NCBI GenBank assembly: GCA_024230675.1
Contig: JAAERE010000317.1
Location: 1 to 42,434 of the forward strand
DNA: 42,434 nucleotides
Source: a bacterium
Lineage (GTDB): Bacteria > Zixibacteria > MSB-5A5 > GN15 > FEB-12
Direction of reading: 5' to 3'
Shown: piece by piece, positions 1 through 9,049 of the stretch
How positions within the stretch are numbered: the stretch's first letter is position 1
How the letters are laid out: each line of letters starts with the position of its first letter
Position numbers and translations under genes: made by a program
Notes under the pieces: generated by a model
The model's input: the letters and a program-made list of their open reading frames with translations, nothing else
The model's database searches: none
What the model was told of the DNA's origin: nothing

Positions 1-116
1 ACAGTTCAACTAGTTGCATTTTACCTGCCATAATAACACGAAAGACCAAATATATCTCCGAAGCATACTTGCCGCAAGTGAAATTTATCACTTTTTCTGT
101 CCGCCAATCGACCTAC

Positions 117-140
117 AAAAAAGCCCCGCCGAAGCGGGGC
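117..140 (-). terminator. Intrinsic terminator downstream of trxB
   Basis: Hairpin GCCCCGC-CGAA-GCGGGGC at 123-140 with an A6 run at 117-122 (U-tract on the minus strand), about 25 nt past the trxB stop. Confidence 0.85.
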
Positions 141-163
141 CTTTGGTCTTTTGGGGGCGATTC

Positions 164-1123
164 TCAGGTGCGATGAGCCGCTTTGTCTTCGAGCTCCTCC
201 AGACGCTTCTCGGCCGCCACCGCCGCTGTAGTGCCATCGCCCACCGCGTTGGTCACCTGCCGAACCAATTGGGCCCTGACATCCCCACAGGCGTATATAC
301 CCGGGACCGAGGTCTCCATCTTGAAATCCGTAATGATGTGGCCGTTGTCGTCTTTCTCAAGTTCCTCGCGCACGACGTTGGAATTCGGCCGGAAACCCAG
401 AAACGGAAACACCGCTCCCACCTCCAGCTTGGAAGTCTCCCCGGTCTTGACGTTCTTGAGCGAAAGATCCGTAACCTTCTGATCGCCGTTGACGCTCTCC
501 ACAACCGTGTCCCAAATGAATTCGATCTTGTCGTTGTCAAAAGCCCGTTGCTGGATGATCTTCGCGGCGCGAAGCTGATCCCGCCGGTGAATAACGTATA
601 CTTTGGAGGCAAACTTGGTCAGGAAAGCTCCTTCCTCCACAGCGGCATCGCCACCGCCAACCACTGCGATCACCTTGTCGCGGAAAAACGCACCGTCGCA
701 GATAGCACAATAAGAGACGCCCTTGCCGGAGAACTCTTCCTCGCCGGGGACGCCCAGCTTAACCGGAGAGCCGCCGGTCGACAGAATTACGGCCCGGCCT
801 CGATAGACGTTGCCAGAGGCACACCTGGCGACACGATAGTCTCCTTCGGTATAAACCTCTTCGACCTCCTCCATCTCGACTTCAAGACCAAACTTCTTGG
901 CGTGATCGGTGAATTTCATAGCCAACTCGGCGCCGGAGATATGCTCAAACCCCGGGTAGTCCTCGACGTCGCCGGTGATAGCTATCTGGCCGCCCGGGAG
1001 ATACTTTTCCAAACAGACAGTTTTGCGCTGGGCTCGCGCCGAATACATTCCGGCACACAGACCTCCCGGTCCGCCGCCGACAATCACTACATCATACTCT
1101 TTATACTCTTTTTCTTGTGCCAT
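164..1123 (-). CDS. trxB: Thioredoxin-disulfide reductase
   Basis: 319 aa with GGGPGG FAD motif, redox-active CAIC in GVSYCAICDG, GGGDAAVEE NADPH motif, HRRD, and TSVPGIYACGD. Confidence 0.96.
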   Translation of the reverse strand: MAQEKEYKEYDVVIVGGGPGGLCAGMYSARAQRKTVCLEKYLPGGQIAITGDVEDYPGFEHISGAELAMKFTDHAKKFGLEVEMEEVEEVYTEGDYRVARCASGNVYRGRAVILSTGGSPVKLGVPGEEEFSGKGVSYCAICDGAFFRDKVIAVVGGGDAAVEEGAFLTKFASKVYVIHRRDQLRAAKIIQQRAFDNDKIEFIWDTVVESVNGDQKVTDLSLKNVKTGETSKLEVGAVFPFLGFRPNSNVVREELEKDDNGHIITDFKMETSVPGIYACGDVRAQLVRQVTNAVGDGTTAAVAAEKRLEELEDKAAHRT

Positions 1124-1272
1124 TTAGATATCCCCTGACTTCTTCATATACCAAAACTTTCCTGACGTTCTTTCCGCATACAACAGGACAAGCGACCGAT
1201 TGTTCACGCCCATTCGGATCAGACGCGCAAGGTAATCAAAATCCGGCCTGGATTCAAGCTCGGCCCCGGCGG

Positions 1273-1815
1273 CTACCAGTCGATTCCCTTTTGCGCTTCG
1301 ATACCCGCCTGAAACGGATGCTTTATCTCCTTCATCTCCGTTACCAGGTCTGCCCTCTCGATCAGCCAGTCAGGAGCGTCGCGCCCGGTGATAACGAGGT
1401 TCTGATCCTCTGTCCTGGCCTCAAGCAACGCCTCAACCTGCTCCCGGCTGACAAGCTTCAGAGACAGGGCGACGTTGAGCTCGTCCAGGATGACCAGCGG
1501 ATAATCCCCTGAGCGCATCTTCTCGACCGCCATTTTCAGGCCCTCCCGGGCAGCCTTTTGGTGAACTTCGATATCCTTGTCGTCGTCGATAATTCCCACA
1601 AAGCCTTCGCCGACCACATGAAGTTCAACCCAGGGCTCGAGGGCTTTCAAACCCTTCAATTCGCCGTACTTCCAGCTTCCTTTGACGAACTGAACCAGAC
1701 AAATACGCCATTTATAGCCAACCGCCCGGACGCAGAGTCCCAGCGCGGCAGTGGTTTTCCCTTTGCCGTTGCCGGTATAGACCAGCAAAAGGCCCTGTTT
1801 CTTCTCCGAATTCAT
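1273..1815 (-). CDS. cobO: Cob(I)yrinic acid a,c-diamide adenosyltransferase (CobO/BtuR family)
   Basis: YTGNGKGKTTAALG P-loop, QFVKG, ILDE, VITGR, and C-terminal ADLVTEM..IKHPF..GI.AQKGIDW. Confidence 0.93.
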   Translation of the reverse strand: MNSEKKQGLLLVYTGNGKGKTTAALGLCVRAVGYKWRICLVQFVKGSWKYGELKGLKALEPWVELHVVGEGFVGIIDDDKDIEVHQKAAREGLKMAVEKMRSGDYPLVILDELNVALSLKLVSREQVEALLEARTEDQNLVITGRDAPDWLIERADLVTEMKEIKHPFQAGIEAQKGIDW

Positions 1816-1954
1816 TTTTTACTCCTTATTGACACCGCAAGGTATGCGATTTGGCCCCCCTTGAAAAGCGAAAACTTCTGTGGCACAGCACTTTGTGGGG
1901 CAAAAACAGGGACCGACGTAACCCGGACTTTGGGAAAAAAGTAACAAGATTGTT

Positions 1955-2010
1955 ATTGACTTCTGAGTCTATTTTGTATTATAAATGAGTATGATAGGAC
2001 CAACTTTGTC
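1955..2010 (+). promoter_or_regulatory. Sigma70-type promoter of the Rrf2-dcd-PFOR unit with candidate Rrf2 operator sites
   Basis: TTGACT at 1956-1961 and an AT-rich -10 region (TATAAA at 1980-1985). Imperfect palindrome ATTGAC-N6-GTCTAT overlaps the -35 box, and GAC-N7-GTC lies at 1998-2010. Confidence 0.5.
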
Positions 2011-2068
2011 GGGGGAACGCGACAGGATGTCAAAGTTGTGACGTTGGTAAATTAACAGGAAGGCGGAG

Positions 2069-2521
2069 ATGCAATTCACCAAAGCGGAAGAATACGGAAT
2101 GTTCGGTGTCCTCTATCTGGCTGACGCCGACAAATCAAAAGTAATCCCCCTTTCGGAGATCTCTCAAGCTCAGGATATCCCGGAAAAGTTTCTGGCCAAG
2201 ATTTTTCAGTCGTTGTCCAAAGCCGGCATTGTGCGTTCTCACCGCGGCGTGAGGGGCGGTTTCACGCTGGCCAAGAGCCCGGATCAGATTTCCATGAAAG
2301 AGGTCCTCGAGACCATCCAGGGACCTTATCACCTTATGAAGTGCACGGAATCCATGGCCGCCTGCGATCAGAAGAACGGCGATTTTTGCGCCCTGAGAGA
2401 GGTCCTGGTCATTGCCGAACAGAGACTTGTCTCCGTGTTTGACCAGTACACGCTGGCCGACCTGGCTATCTGGCAGAAGACACGGACCGATCCTGCAAAG
2501 AAGGCCGTTGCGGACCGGTAG
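2069..2521 (+). CDS. Rrf2 family transcriptional regulator with three Cys (probable Fe-S binding)
   Basis: N-terminal TKAEEYG, w[29 protein letters not shown], and C-x6-C-x7-C in the C-terminal half. AGGAAGG RBS. Confidence 0.93.
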   Translation: MQFTKAEEYGMFGVLYLADADKSKVIPLSEISQAQDIPEKFLAKIFQSLSKAGIVRSHRGVRGGFTLAKSPDQISMKEVLETIQGPYHLMKCTESMAACDQKNGDFCALREVLVIAEQRLVSVFDQYTLADLAIWQKTRTDPAKKAVADR

Positions 2522-2598
2522 AAACGGCTGTTTACTTTCAGGACTATTTCGCTTATCATTTCACCGCCAAAGACGTAAAACGGTGTATGGGAATAAAT

Positions 2599-3165
2599 AT
2601 GGGTGTTAAGTCTGACCGCTGGATCATTGAAATGTCCCGCCAACACCAGATGATTGACCCTTTCTCGGAAGCTCAGGTCCGAAAGGGGATCAGCTTCGGA
2701 GTGTCCTCGTACGGGTACGATATTAGCCTGTCGAACGAGTTCAAGATATTCGACGCATCCGCTCTTGAGGAGTTGGACCCCAAGAACAACGGTCCGGAGC
2801 ACTTCAGGGATATCAAGGCAGATTCGGTGCTTATCCCGGCCAACTCGTTCATTCTGGCTCAAACCCTGGAGTATTTCCGGATCCCCAGAGATGTGGTCAC
2901 TATTTGCACAGGTAAGTCAACCTACGCTCGTTGCGGCGTGGTGGTCAACGTCACACCGTTTGAGCCTGAATGGGAAGGTTTTGCGACGATCTCTCTGGCC
3001 AATACGGCCCCCTGCCCGGTTCGAGTATACGCGCACGAAGGAATAGCACAGCTGCTGTTTTTGGAGGCCTCGGAGGTATGCGAGGTCTCGTACAAAGATA
3101 AAAAAGGAAAATACCAGGGACAGAAGGCAATTACCCTGTCCAAAACGGACAAGGACTGCCGATAA
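2599..3165 (+). CDS. dcd: dCTP deaminase
   Basis: [35 protein letters not shown], and [11 protein letters not shown]. Start taken at the second Met (2599); 2587 is also possible. Confidence 0.95.
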   Translation: MGVKSDRWIIEMSRQHQMIDPFSEAQVRKGISFGVSSYGYDISLSNEFKIFDASALEELDPKNNGPEHFRDIKADSVLIPANSFILAQTLEYFRIPRDVVTICTGKSTYARCGVVVNVTPFEPEWEGFATISLANTAPCPVRVYAHEGIAQLLFLEASEVCEVSYKDKKGKYQGQKAITLSKTDKDCR

Positions 3166-3208
3166 CAGCCGTAATTGCTGTTTCTGATACTTGATTAGGA
3201 GACTACCG

Positions 3209-6200
3209 ATGACCGAAAAGACAGTTAGTCAGATAGACCGCGGAGCCAGGAAATCTGCCGGACAGCGCCGCATGGTGACTATCGACGGCAACACGGCTGC
3301 GGCCTATGTGGCGCACGCAACTAACGAAGTAATTGCCATCTACCCTATCACCCCGTCTTCCAACATGGGTGAAATTGCCGACGCCAAGTCGGCCGCGGGC
3401 GACAAAAACATCTGGGGTAGCATTCCGGTGGTGGTCGAGATGCAGTCAGAGGGAGGCGCCTCGGGCGCGGTCCACGGTGCTGTAACCTCGGGCGCCCTGA
3501 CGACAACTTTCACGGCCTCCCAGGGGCTGTTGCTGATGATTCCGAACATGTTCAAAATCGCCGGTGAAATGACTCCGACGGTGTTTCATGTTTCCGCCCG
3601 GGCCGTGGCCACCCACGCCCTGTCGATCTTTGGCGACCATTCCGATGTTATGGCCACCCGTTCCACCGGTTTTGGATTGTTATCCTCCAACTCGGTGCAG
3701 GAAGTCATGGACCTTGCCCTGATCACCCAGGCTGCGTCGCTGGCCAGCCGGGTGCCGTTCGTACATTTCTTCGACGGTTTCCGGACCTCGCACGAGGTAC
3801 AGAAAGTCGAACAGATCACTCCCGACGATATGCGGGCTCTGATTTCCGAAGACATGGTGGCCGGGCAGCGGCAACGGGCCCTCTCCCCTGACCGCCCGAC
3901 TATAAAGGGCACCTCGCAAAACCCGGACGTTTTCTTCCAGGGTCGCGAGACCGTCAACAAATACTACCAGGCGGCTCCGGCAATCGTCCAGGAAATGATG
4001 GACAGATTTGCCAAGGTCGTGGGTCGAGAGTATCATCTGTTTGATTACTGCGGCCATCCCGAGGCCGAGCGAGTCGTTATCATCATGGGAACCGGTGCCG
4101 AGGTCGTTCAGGAGACGGTCGATCACCTGGTTGCCAAGGGCGAAAAAGTCGGCATGATCAAGGTCCGCCTGTACCGTCCGTTCGACGTCAAGGCCTTTGC
4201 CAAAGCTCTCCCGGCCACGGTCAACAAAATCGCCGTGCTCGACCGCACCAAGGAGCCGGGCGCCGTGGGCGAACCGATGTACACCGACGTTCAGTCGGCG
4301 CTCAACGAGGCTCTTCTCGAGGGTTGGACAAACTTCAAGGATCATCCGATCGTGGTTGGCGGCCGTTACGGCCTGGGCTCGAAAGAGTTCAATCCGCCGA
4401 TGGCCAAGGCTGTGTTCGACAACCTTAATCAGGACGACCCGAAAAACCATTTCACGGTCGGCATCAAAGACGATGTCACCAACCTGTCGCTTGACCCGGA
4501 TTTGTCGTTTGATATCGAAGGTGACAGTTTCCGAGGCCTGTTCTACGGGCTCGGCGCCGATGGTACCGTGGGAGCCAACAAGAACTCCATCAAAATCATC
4601 GGAGAGAACACCGACAACTACGCTCAGGGTTATTTCGTATATGACTCCAAAAAAGCGGGCGCGGTGACGGTATCGCACGTGCGGTTCGGCAAAGACCTGA
4701 TCCAGAAACCGTATCTCATCAACGAGGCCAAGTTTGTGGCCTGCCATAATTTCTCTTTTGTCGAGAAGTATGAGATGGCGGAGCAGTTGATGGAAGGCGG
4801 TACTTTCCTGCTCAACGCTCCTTACGGCGCGAACGAGATATGGGACAAACTGCCGATCGAATTCCAGCAGGAACTGATCAACAAGAAGGCTAAGTTCTAT
4901 GTTATAGACGCTATCAGCCTCGGCAAAAAGCTGGGTCTGGGTGCCCGTATCAACATGATAATGCAAACGGCCTTCTTCCTCATTTCCGGCATTCTGCCAA
5001 AAGACGAGGCCGTCAAGGCAATCAAAGACGCTATCGTCAAGACCTACGGCAACAAGGGTGAGAAAGTCGTGAACATGAACTTCTCGGCGGTCGATGGTGC
5101 GGCCGAGAATATTCAGGAAGTGAAATATCCCAACGAGGTAACGAGTAAGTTCAATCGTCCGCCGATCGTTCCTCAAACGGCCCCGGAATTCGTGCAGAAA
5201 GTCACGGCCGAGATCGTGGCGGGACGCGGCGATGACCTCCCTGTCTCCGCTTTCCCGGACGACGGAACTTACATGACGGCTACCACCCAATACGAGAAGC
5301 GGAATATTGCGGTTGATATCCCGGTATGGGAACCGGATATCTGCATCCAGTGCAACATCTGTTCTATCGTATGTCCGCACGCTGCTATCAGGCCGAAGCT
5401 GGTTGAAGTGGATGACCTGGCCGCCGCGCCGAAGAGTTTCAAGTCGATCGAGGCCATGACCAAACCTCTGAAGGGCATGAAATACGTGCTTCAGGTGGCT
5501 CCCGAGGACTGCACCGGCTGCGAGGTCTGCGTGAACGCCTGTCCGGCGGTCGCGAAGGACGCCGACGGCAACAAGACCGATCGCAAGGCGATCAACATGG
5601 CTCCTCAGCCGGCGTTGCGCGAACAGGAAGCCAAAAACTGGGACTTCTTCCTCAACCTTCCGGAGACGGACCCGGAGAAGTACAAACTGGGTACGACCAA
5701 AGGCTCGCAGTTTGTCAAACCGCTATTCGAGTTCTCCGGCGCCTGCGCCGGTTGTGGTGAGACGCCGTATGTCAAGCTGATGACTCAGCTGTTTGGTGAC
5801 CGCGCCCTCTGCAGCAACGCCACCGGATGCAGCTCTATTTACGGCGGCAACCTCCCGACCACGCCTTACTGTCAGCGCTCAGACGGTCGTGGCCCGGCCT
5901 GGTCTAACTCACTCTTTGAGGACAACGCCGAGTTCGGTTTCGGTATGCGGCTGACCGCTGACAAACTAAAGCAGTACGCGCTGGAGCTGACCCAGGAACT
6001 CGTTCCGCGCCTCTACGATGAGATCGTCGGTGCGGATCAGACGACCCAGGAAGGCATCGAACAGCAACGCGCCCGGATAGTCACCCTCAAAGAGCAGCTG
6101 GCCGGAATGAACGGTGCCGACCGGGTCAAGGCCCTGACAAATGTGGCTGATTTCCTCGTCAACAAGTCGGTCTGGATTATCGGCGGTGACGGCTGGGCGT

Positions 6201-6823
6201 ACGATATCGGTTTCGGCGGCCTCGACCACGTCCTTGCTTCCGGCATGAACGTTAACGTCCTGGTTCTCGACACCGAAGTTTACTCTAACACCGGCGGGCA
6301 GATGTCCAAAGCTACGCCGCGTGGTTCCATCGCTCAGTTTGCCGCTGCCGGCAAGCCGCTGGGCAAAAAGGACCTCGGTCTGATGATGATGGCCTACAAC
6401 AACGTCTACGTGGCCCAGATCGCCGTCGGCGCCAGCCACAATCAGACGGTCAAGGCGATGGTCGAGGCCGAACAATATCAGGGACCGTCCCTGGTTCTGG
6501 CCTACTCTCATTGTATTGCTCACGGTATTGATATGGCCACGGGCCTGACCAATGAAGACAACGCCGTCAAGTCCGGCCACTGGCTGCTTTACCGGTTCAA
6601 TCCGGATCTGATCGATCAGGGTAAAAACCCTCTTCAGCTCGACAGCAAAGAGCCGTCGCTCACGTTCAAAGAGTACGCCTACGCGGAAAACCGCTTCCGT
6701 CGTCTGGCCTCGCAGGACAAAGATCGGGCCAAAGTGCTCCTGGAACTGGGTCAGAAAGACTGTGACCGGCGCTGGAATCTGTATCGCCAACTGGCAGGTA
6801 TGGATTACACTGAGAAGTCCTGA
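3209..6823 (+). CDS. nifJ: Pyruvate:ferredoxin (flavodoxin) oxidoreductase, single-chain type
   Basis: YPITPSS, MQSEGGA, GLGADGTVGANK, two ferredoxin motifs (CIQCNICSIVCP, CTGCEVCVNACP), FSGACAGCGETPY, and the TPP motif GGDGWAYDIG...YSNTGGQ. The ATG at 3209 follows AGGAG. Confidence 0.97.
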   Translation: MTEKTVSQIDRGARKSAGQRRMVTIDGNTAAAYVAHATNEVIAIYPITPSSNMGEIADAKSAAGDKNIWGSIPVVVEMQSEGGASGAVHGAVTSGALTTTFTASQGLLLMIPNMFKIAGEMTPTVFHVSARAVATHALSIFGDHSDVMATRSTGFGLLSSNSVQEVMDLALITQAASLASRVPFVHFFDGFRTSHEVQKVEQITPDDMRALISEDMVAGQRQRALSPDRPTIKGTSQNPDVFFQGRETVNKYYQAAPAIVQEMMDRFAKVVGREYHLFDYCGHPEAERVVIIMGTGAEVVQETVDHLVAKGEKVGMIKVRLYRPFDVKAFAKALPATVNKIAVLDRTKEPGAVGEPMYTDVQSALNEALLEGWTNFKDHPIVVGGRYGLGSKEFNPPMAKAVFDNLNQDDPKNHFTVGIKDDVTNLSLDPDLSFDIEGDSFRGLFYGLGADGTVGANKNSIKIIGENTDNYAQGYFVYDSKKAGAVTVSHVRFGKDLIQKPYLINEAKFVACHNFSFVEKYEMAEQLMEGGTFLLNAPYGANEIWDKLPIEFQQELINKKAKFYVIDAISLGKKLGLGARINMIMQTAFFLISGILPKDEAVKAIKDAIVKTYGNKGEKVVNMNFSAVDGAAENIQEVKYPNEVTSKFNRPPIVPQTAPEFVQKVTAEIVAGRGDDLPVSAFPDDGTYMTATTQYEKRNIAVDIPVWEPDICIQCNICSIVCPHAAIRPKLVEVDDLAAAPKSFKSIEAMTKPLKGMKYVLQVAPEDCTGCEVCVNACPAVAKDADGNKTDRKAINMAPQPALREQEAKNWDFFLNLPETDPEKYKLGTTKGSQFVKPLFEFSGACAGCGETPYVKLMTQLFGDRALCSNATGCSSIYGGNLPTTPYCQRSDGRGPAWSNSLFEDNAEFGFGMRLTADKLKQYALELTQELVPRLYDEIVGADQTTQEGIEQQRARIVTLKEQLAGMNGADRVKALTNVADFLVNKSVWIIGGDGWAYDIGFGGLDHVLASGMNVNVLVLDTEVYSNTGGQMSKATPRGSIAQFAAAGKPLGKKDLGLMMMAYNNVYVAQIAVGASHNQTVKAMVEAEQYQGPSLVLAYSHCIAHGIDMATGLTNEDNAVKSGHWLLYRFNPDLIDQGKNPLQLDSKEPSLTFKEYAYAENRFRRLASQDKDRAKVLLELGQKDCDRRWNLYRQLAGMDYTEKS

Positions 6824-6854
6824 TCGTACCGGATTTCCGGTTAATTTCGATCCC

Positions 6855-6885
6855 AAAGCGGGTACCCTCAGGGTACCCGCTTTTT
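6855..6885 (+). terminator. Intrinsic terminator after PFOR
   Basis: AAAGCGGGTACCC-TCA-GGGTACCCGCTTTTT. Confidence 0.92.
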
Positions 6886-6985
6886 CTTTGTCCGCCAGCC
6901 TTTTGCCCCTCCTGGAGTCAAGTAATCCGGCCTCCTTTCCGATATAACAAAAAGTTACCGTTATCAGAACTTCTCAGGAGGTAAA

Positions 6986-7828
6986 ATGCTTAAGAAAACG
7001 ACTGCTATCGTGCTGGCCCTTATTTTCGGTCTGGGCATCGGATCGGCGTTTGGACAGGATACCGAGCAGGATATCCTCAACCGATATCTGCAAAAGGCTG
7101 AAGACAAGCACACCACCAAACTTGGCTGGGCCTCGATCAATTTCAGTGTGGACAGAATCAATCGGAACAACACTTACAACAGCTTTGCCACCTATGAGTC
7201 GAGCAATTTCAGCGAGGGCGGTCTGAGCTGGCTGGGCCAGGGATATTCTCTTGGCGTCGAGTTTGGCCTAATTTTCAAACAGGGCGTAACCTGGTCGCTG
7301 GGCGGCGAGTATTGGCTGAAGATGACGGACGAGATCAGCGGCAGCCCTACCTATCTCCCGACCGGCACGCCGGTTGAAAATCCTTCCTCGGAAATACAGG
7401 TTTTCGGCTTCACCACGGGCGTGCAGTATTACCTGATGGGCAAACCGATACCGGCGAAGAAGCTCACCAAGATGGCGGTTCGGGTCGGCGGCTCTGTCGG
7501 CTATTATTCCGCGTCCTGGGACCTCTGGCCGGAGTACCAGAATCTCAATCTGGCAACTGCCACCAGCGAGGAGAACAACATAAGCTATAAGGGCACCGCC
7601 CCGGGCTTCTATTTCAACGTCGGACTAGACTATCCGATAAACTTCTGGGACATGGGCCTGGGCCTGGATATGGGCTATATGCTCCTGAACTTTAAGAATG
7701 TTGCGTGGTATAACGGCAGTGACGAAGAAATAGTCGCCTCCTATAACGGCACTGACGAAGGCCGCGTGGATCTGGACTTTTCGGGCGTCCGCGGCAAAGT
7801 TGAGCTCAAAAGGTATTTCAACTGGTAG
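6986..7828 (+). CDS. Secreted protein, probable outer-membrane beta-barrel
   Basis: Signal peptide (..GSAFG/QD), alternating amphipathic Gly/aromatic-rich strands, and a terminal aromatic strand VELKRYFNW. AGGAGG RBS. Confidence 0.7.
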   Translation: MLKKTTAIVLALIFGLGIGSAFGQDTEQDILNRYLQKAEDKHTTKLGWASINFSVDRINRNNTYNSFATYESSNFSEGGLSWLGQGYSLGVEFGLIFKQGVTWSLGGEYWLKMTDEISGSPTYLPTGTPVENPSSEIQVFGFTTGVQYYLMGKPIPAKKLTKMAVRVGGSVGYYSASWDLWPEYQNLNLATATSEENNISYKGTAPGFYFNVGLDYPINFWDMGLGLDMGYMLLNFKNVAWYNGSDEEIVASYNGTDEGRVDLDFSGVRGKVELKRYFNW

Positions 7829-7853
7829 TCCGTGCAATCGCCCCGCTGGGGGG

Positions 7854-7881
7854 TTGACAGTAGGCTACAGCGCCGTATTAT
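7854..7881 (+). promoter_or_regulatory. Candidate sigma70 promoter for the TolB-like gene
   Basis: TTGACA (7854-7859), 16-nt spacer, TATTAT (7876-7881). Confidence 0.55.
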
Positions 7882-7919
7882 AGGTCCCAAACAAACCTCG
7901 CAATGGAGATTGTCTGGCT

Positions 7920-8975
7920 GTGAAGAAATTACTGCTCAACCCCCGTCTGCTGATTTGGACCGTTACACTATGCATCGGTCTTGCTTCCTTCTCGTGGGCC
8001 GCTGAGAAGATGCCCGCCGAAAAGGCCGGCACGATTGGTGAGCCCACCGGAAAAATCGCTTTCATAAGAGAAAAGAACGTCTGGATGATGGATCCCAGAG
8101 GTGGGAGCCAGATGAAGGTCTGCGAAGCCAATAACGCCGACGGCCGGCTAAGTTGGTCCCCCGACGGCACCGAAATCCTGTTCACGCGCTCGGGACGCGT
8201 TAGCCTCAACGGCCCGAATATGCTGGGCGGCAACCACAAGGTCTACGATATCTTCAAGGCTCTGGTCGATTCGGCCAGGGTGGGCGCCACTTATTTCTGG
8301 TATCAGCTCACCGACGATATGGGCAGCCGTGATCCGGAATGGAGCGCCGACGGTGAGACGGTCCTTTTCTACAAAGACATGAACGCGAACCTGGTGAACG
8401 CTGAGCTTCCCAACTATCAGGTCTGCACCATGAATCCCCTCGGCGACGATGTAACAATCCTGCGCCAGGACTGGCAGAATATGTCGGAGTATTTCATCTC
8501 ACCGACACGCAATGCCAAAGGTGACATTGCGTTTGTGCACTTCGTGACCACTCAGGCGGAGAAGGATCGCCCCGGCGGTTTTAAATCGATTGGTCTGGCC
8601 AAGCTCAACGAAGCCAACTTCATGGCCACTCTCGATGACGTTCTAAAACAGTCCAGCAGCAATCCCAACTCGGTGGCTCCCTCCTGGTCGCCGGACGGCA
8701 AATGGATTGCCTGCGTCAGCAACAAGTTGACCGATCCCGGAATCTACATTACCAGCGCCGATTTCGTGGAAAAATATAAGGTCTTCACACCGCCCCCGGC
8801 GGCTTCGATGTACACGATGGCGCCCTCATTTTCGCCCGACTCCAAATGGATCACGTTTGCTACTACCGACGGTTCCATCTGGATTTGCGATATCACCGGC
8901 AACGGCGCCAAGCGCCTGACAGGCCCCGGACTTGACTTGGCCCCAGCCTGGTCGAAAGGTCCTGTTAAGAATTAG
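7920..8975 (+). CDS. Periplasmic TolB-like PD40 beta-propeller protein
   Basis: Signal peptide, GKIAF, repeated SWSPDG / PEWSADG / PSWSPDGK / PSFSPDSK / PAWS blades. GTG start after GGAG. Confidence 0.85.
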   Translation: MKKLLLNPRLLIWTVTLCIGLASFSWAAEKMPAEKAGTIGEPTGKIAFIREKNVWMMDPRGGSQMKVCEANNADGRLSWSPDGTEILFTRSGRVSLNGPNMLGGNHKVYDIFKALVDSARVGATYFWYQLTDDMGSRDPEWSADGETVLFYKDMNANLVNAELPNYQVCTMNPLGDDVTILRQDWQNMSEYFISPTRNAKGDIAFVHFVTTQAEKDRPGGFKSIGLAKLNEANFMATLDDVLKQSSSNPNSVAPSWSPDGKWIACVSNKLTDPGIYITSADFVEKYKVFTPPPAASMYTMAPSFSPDSKWITFATTDGSIWICDITGNGAKRLTGPGLDLAPAWSKGPVKN

Positions 8976-8993
8976 AGCCCGGAAATAGAATAA

Positions 8994-9030
8994 GAAAAGG
9001 CCGGATCGTTGATCCGGCCTTTTCCTTTTT
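8994..9030. terminator. Bidirectional intrinsic terminator between the TolB-like gene and pepA
   Basis: GAAAAGGCCGGATC-GTT-GATCCGGCCTTTTC followed by a T-run, between convergent genes. Confidence 0.9.
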
Positions 9031-9049
9031 CAGTCGTAAGGTCTGCTAC

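Noticed and set aside
14-1138. 374-aa + strand ORF
   Set aside because: Antisense shadow of trxB with no recognisable motifs.
3680-6856. Long minus-strand ORFs (566 aa and 296 aa) opposite PFOR
   Set aside because: Antisense frames kept open by codon bias of a highly conserved gene; no protein-like motifs.
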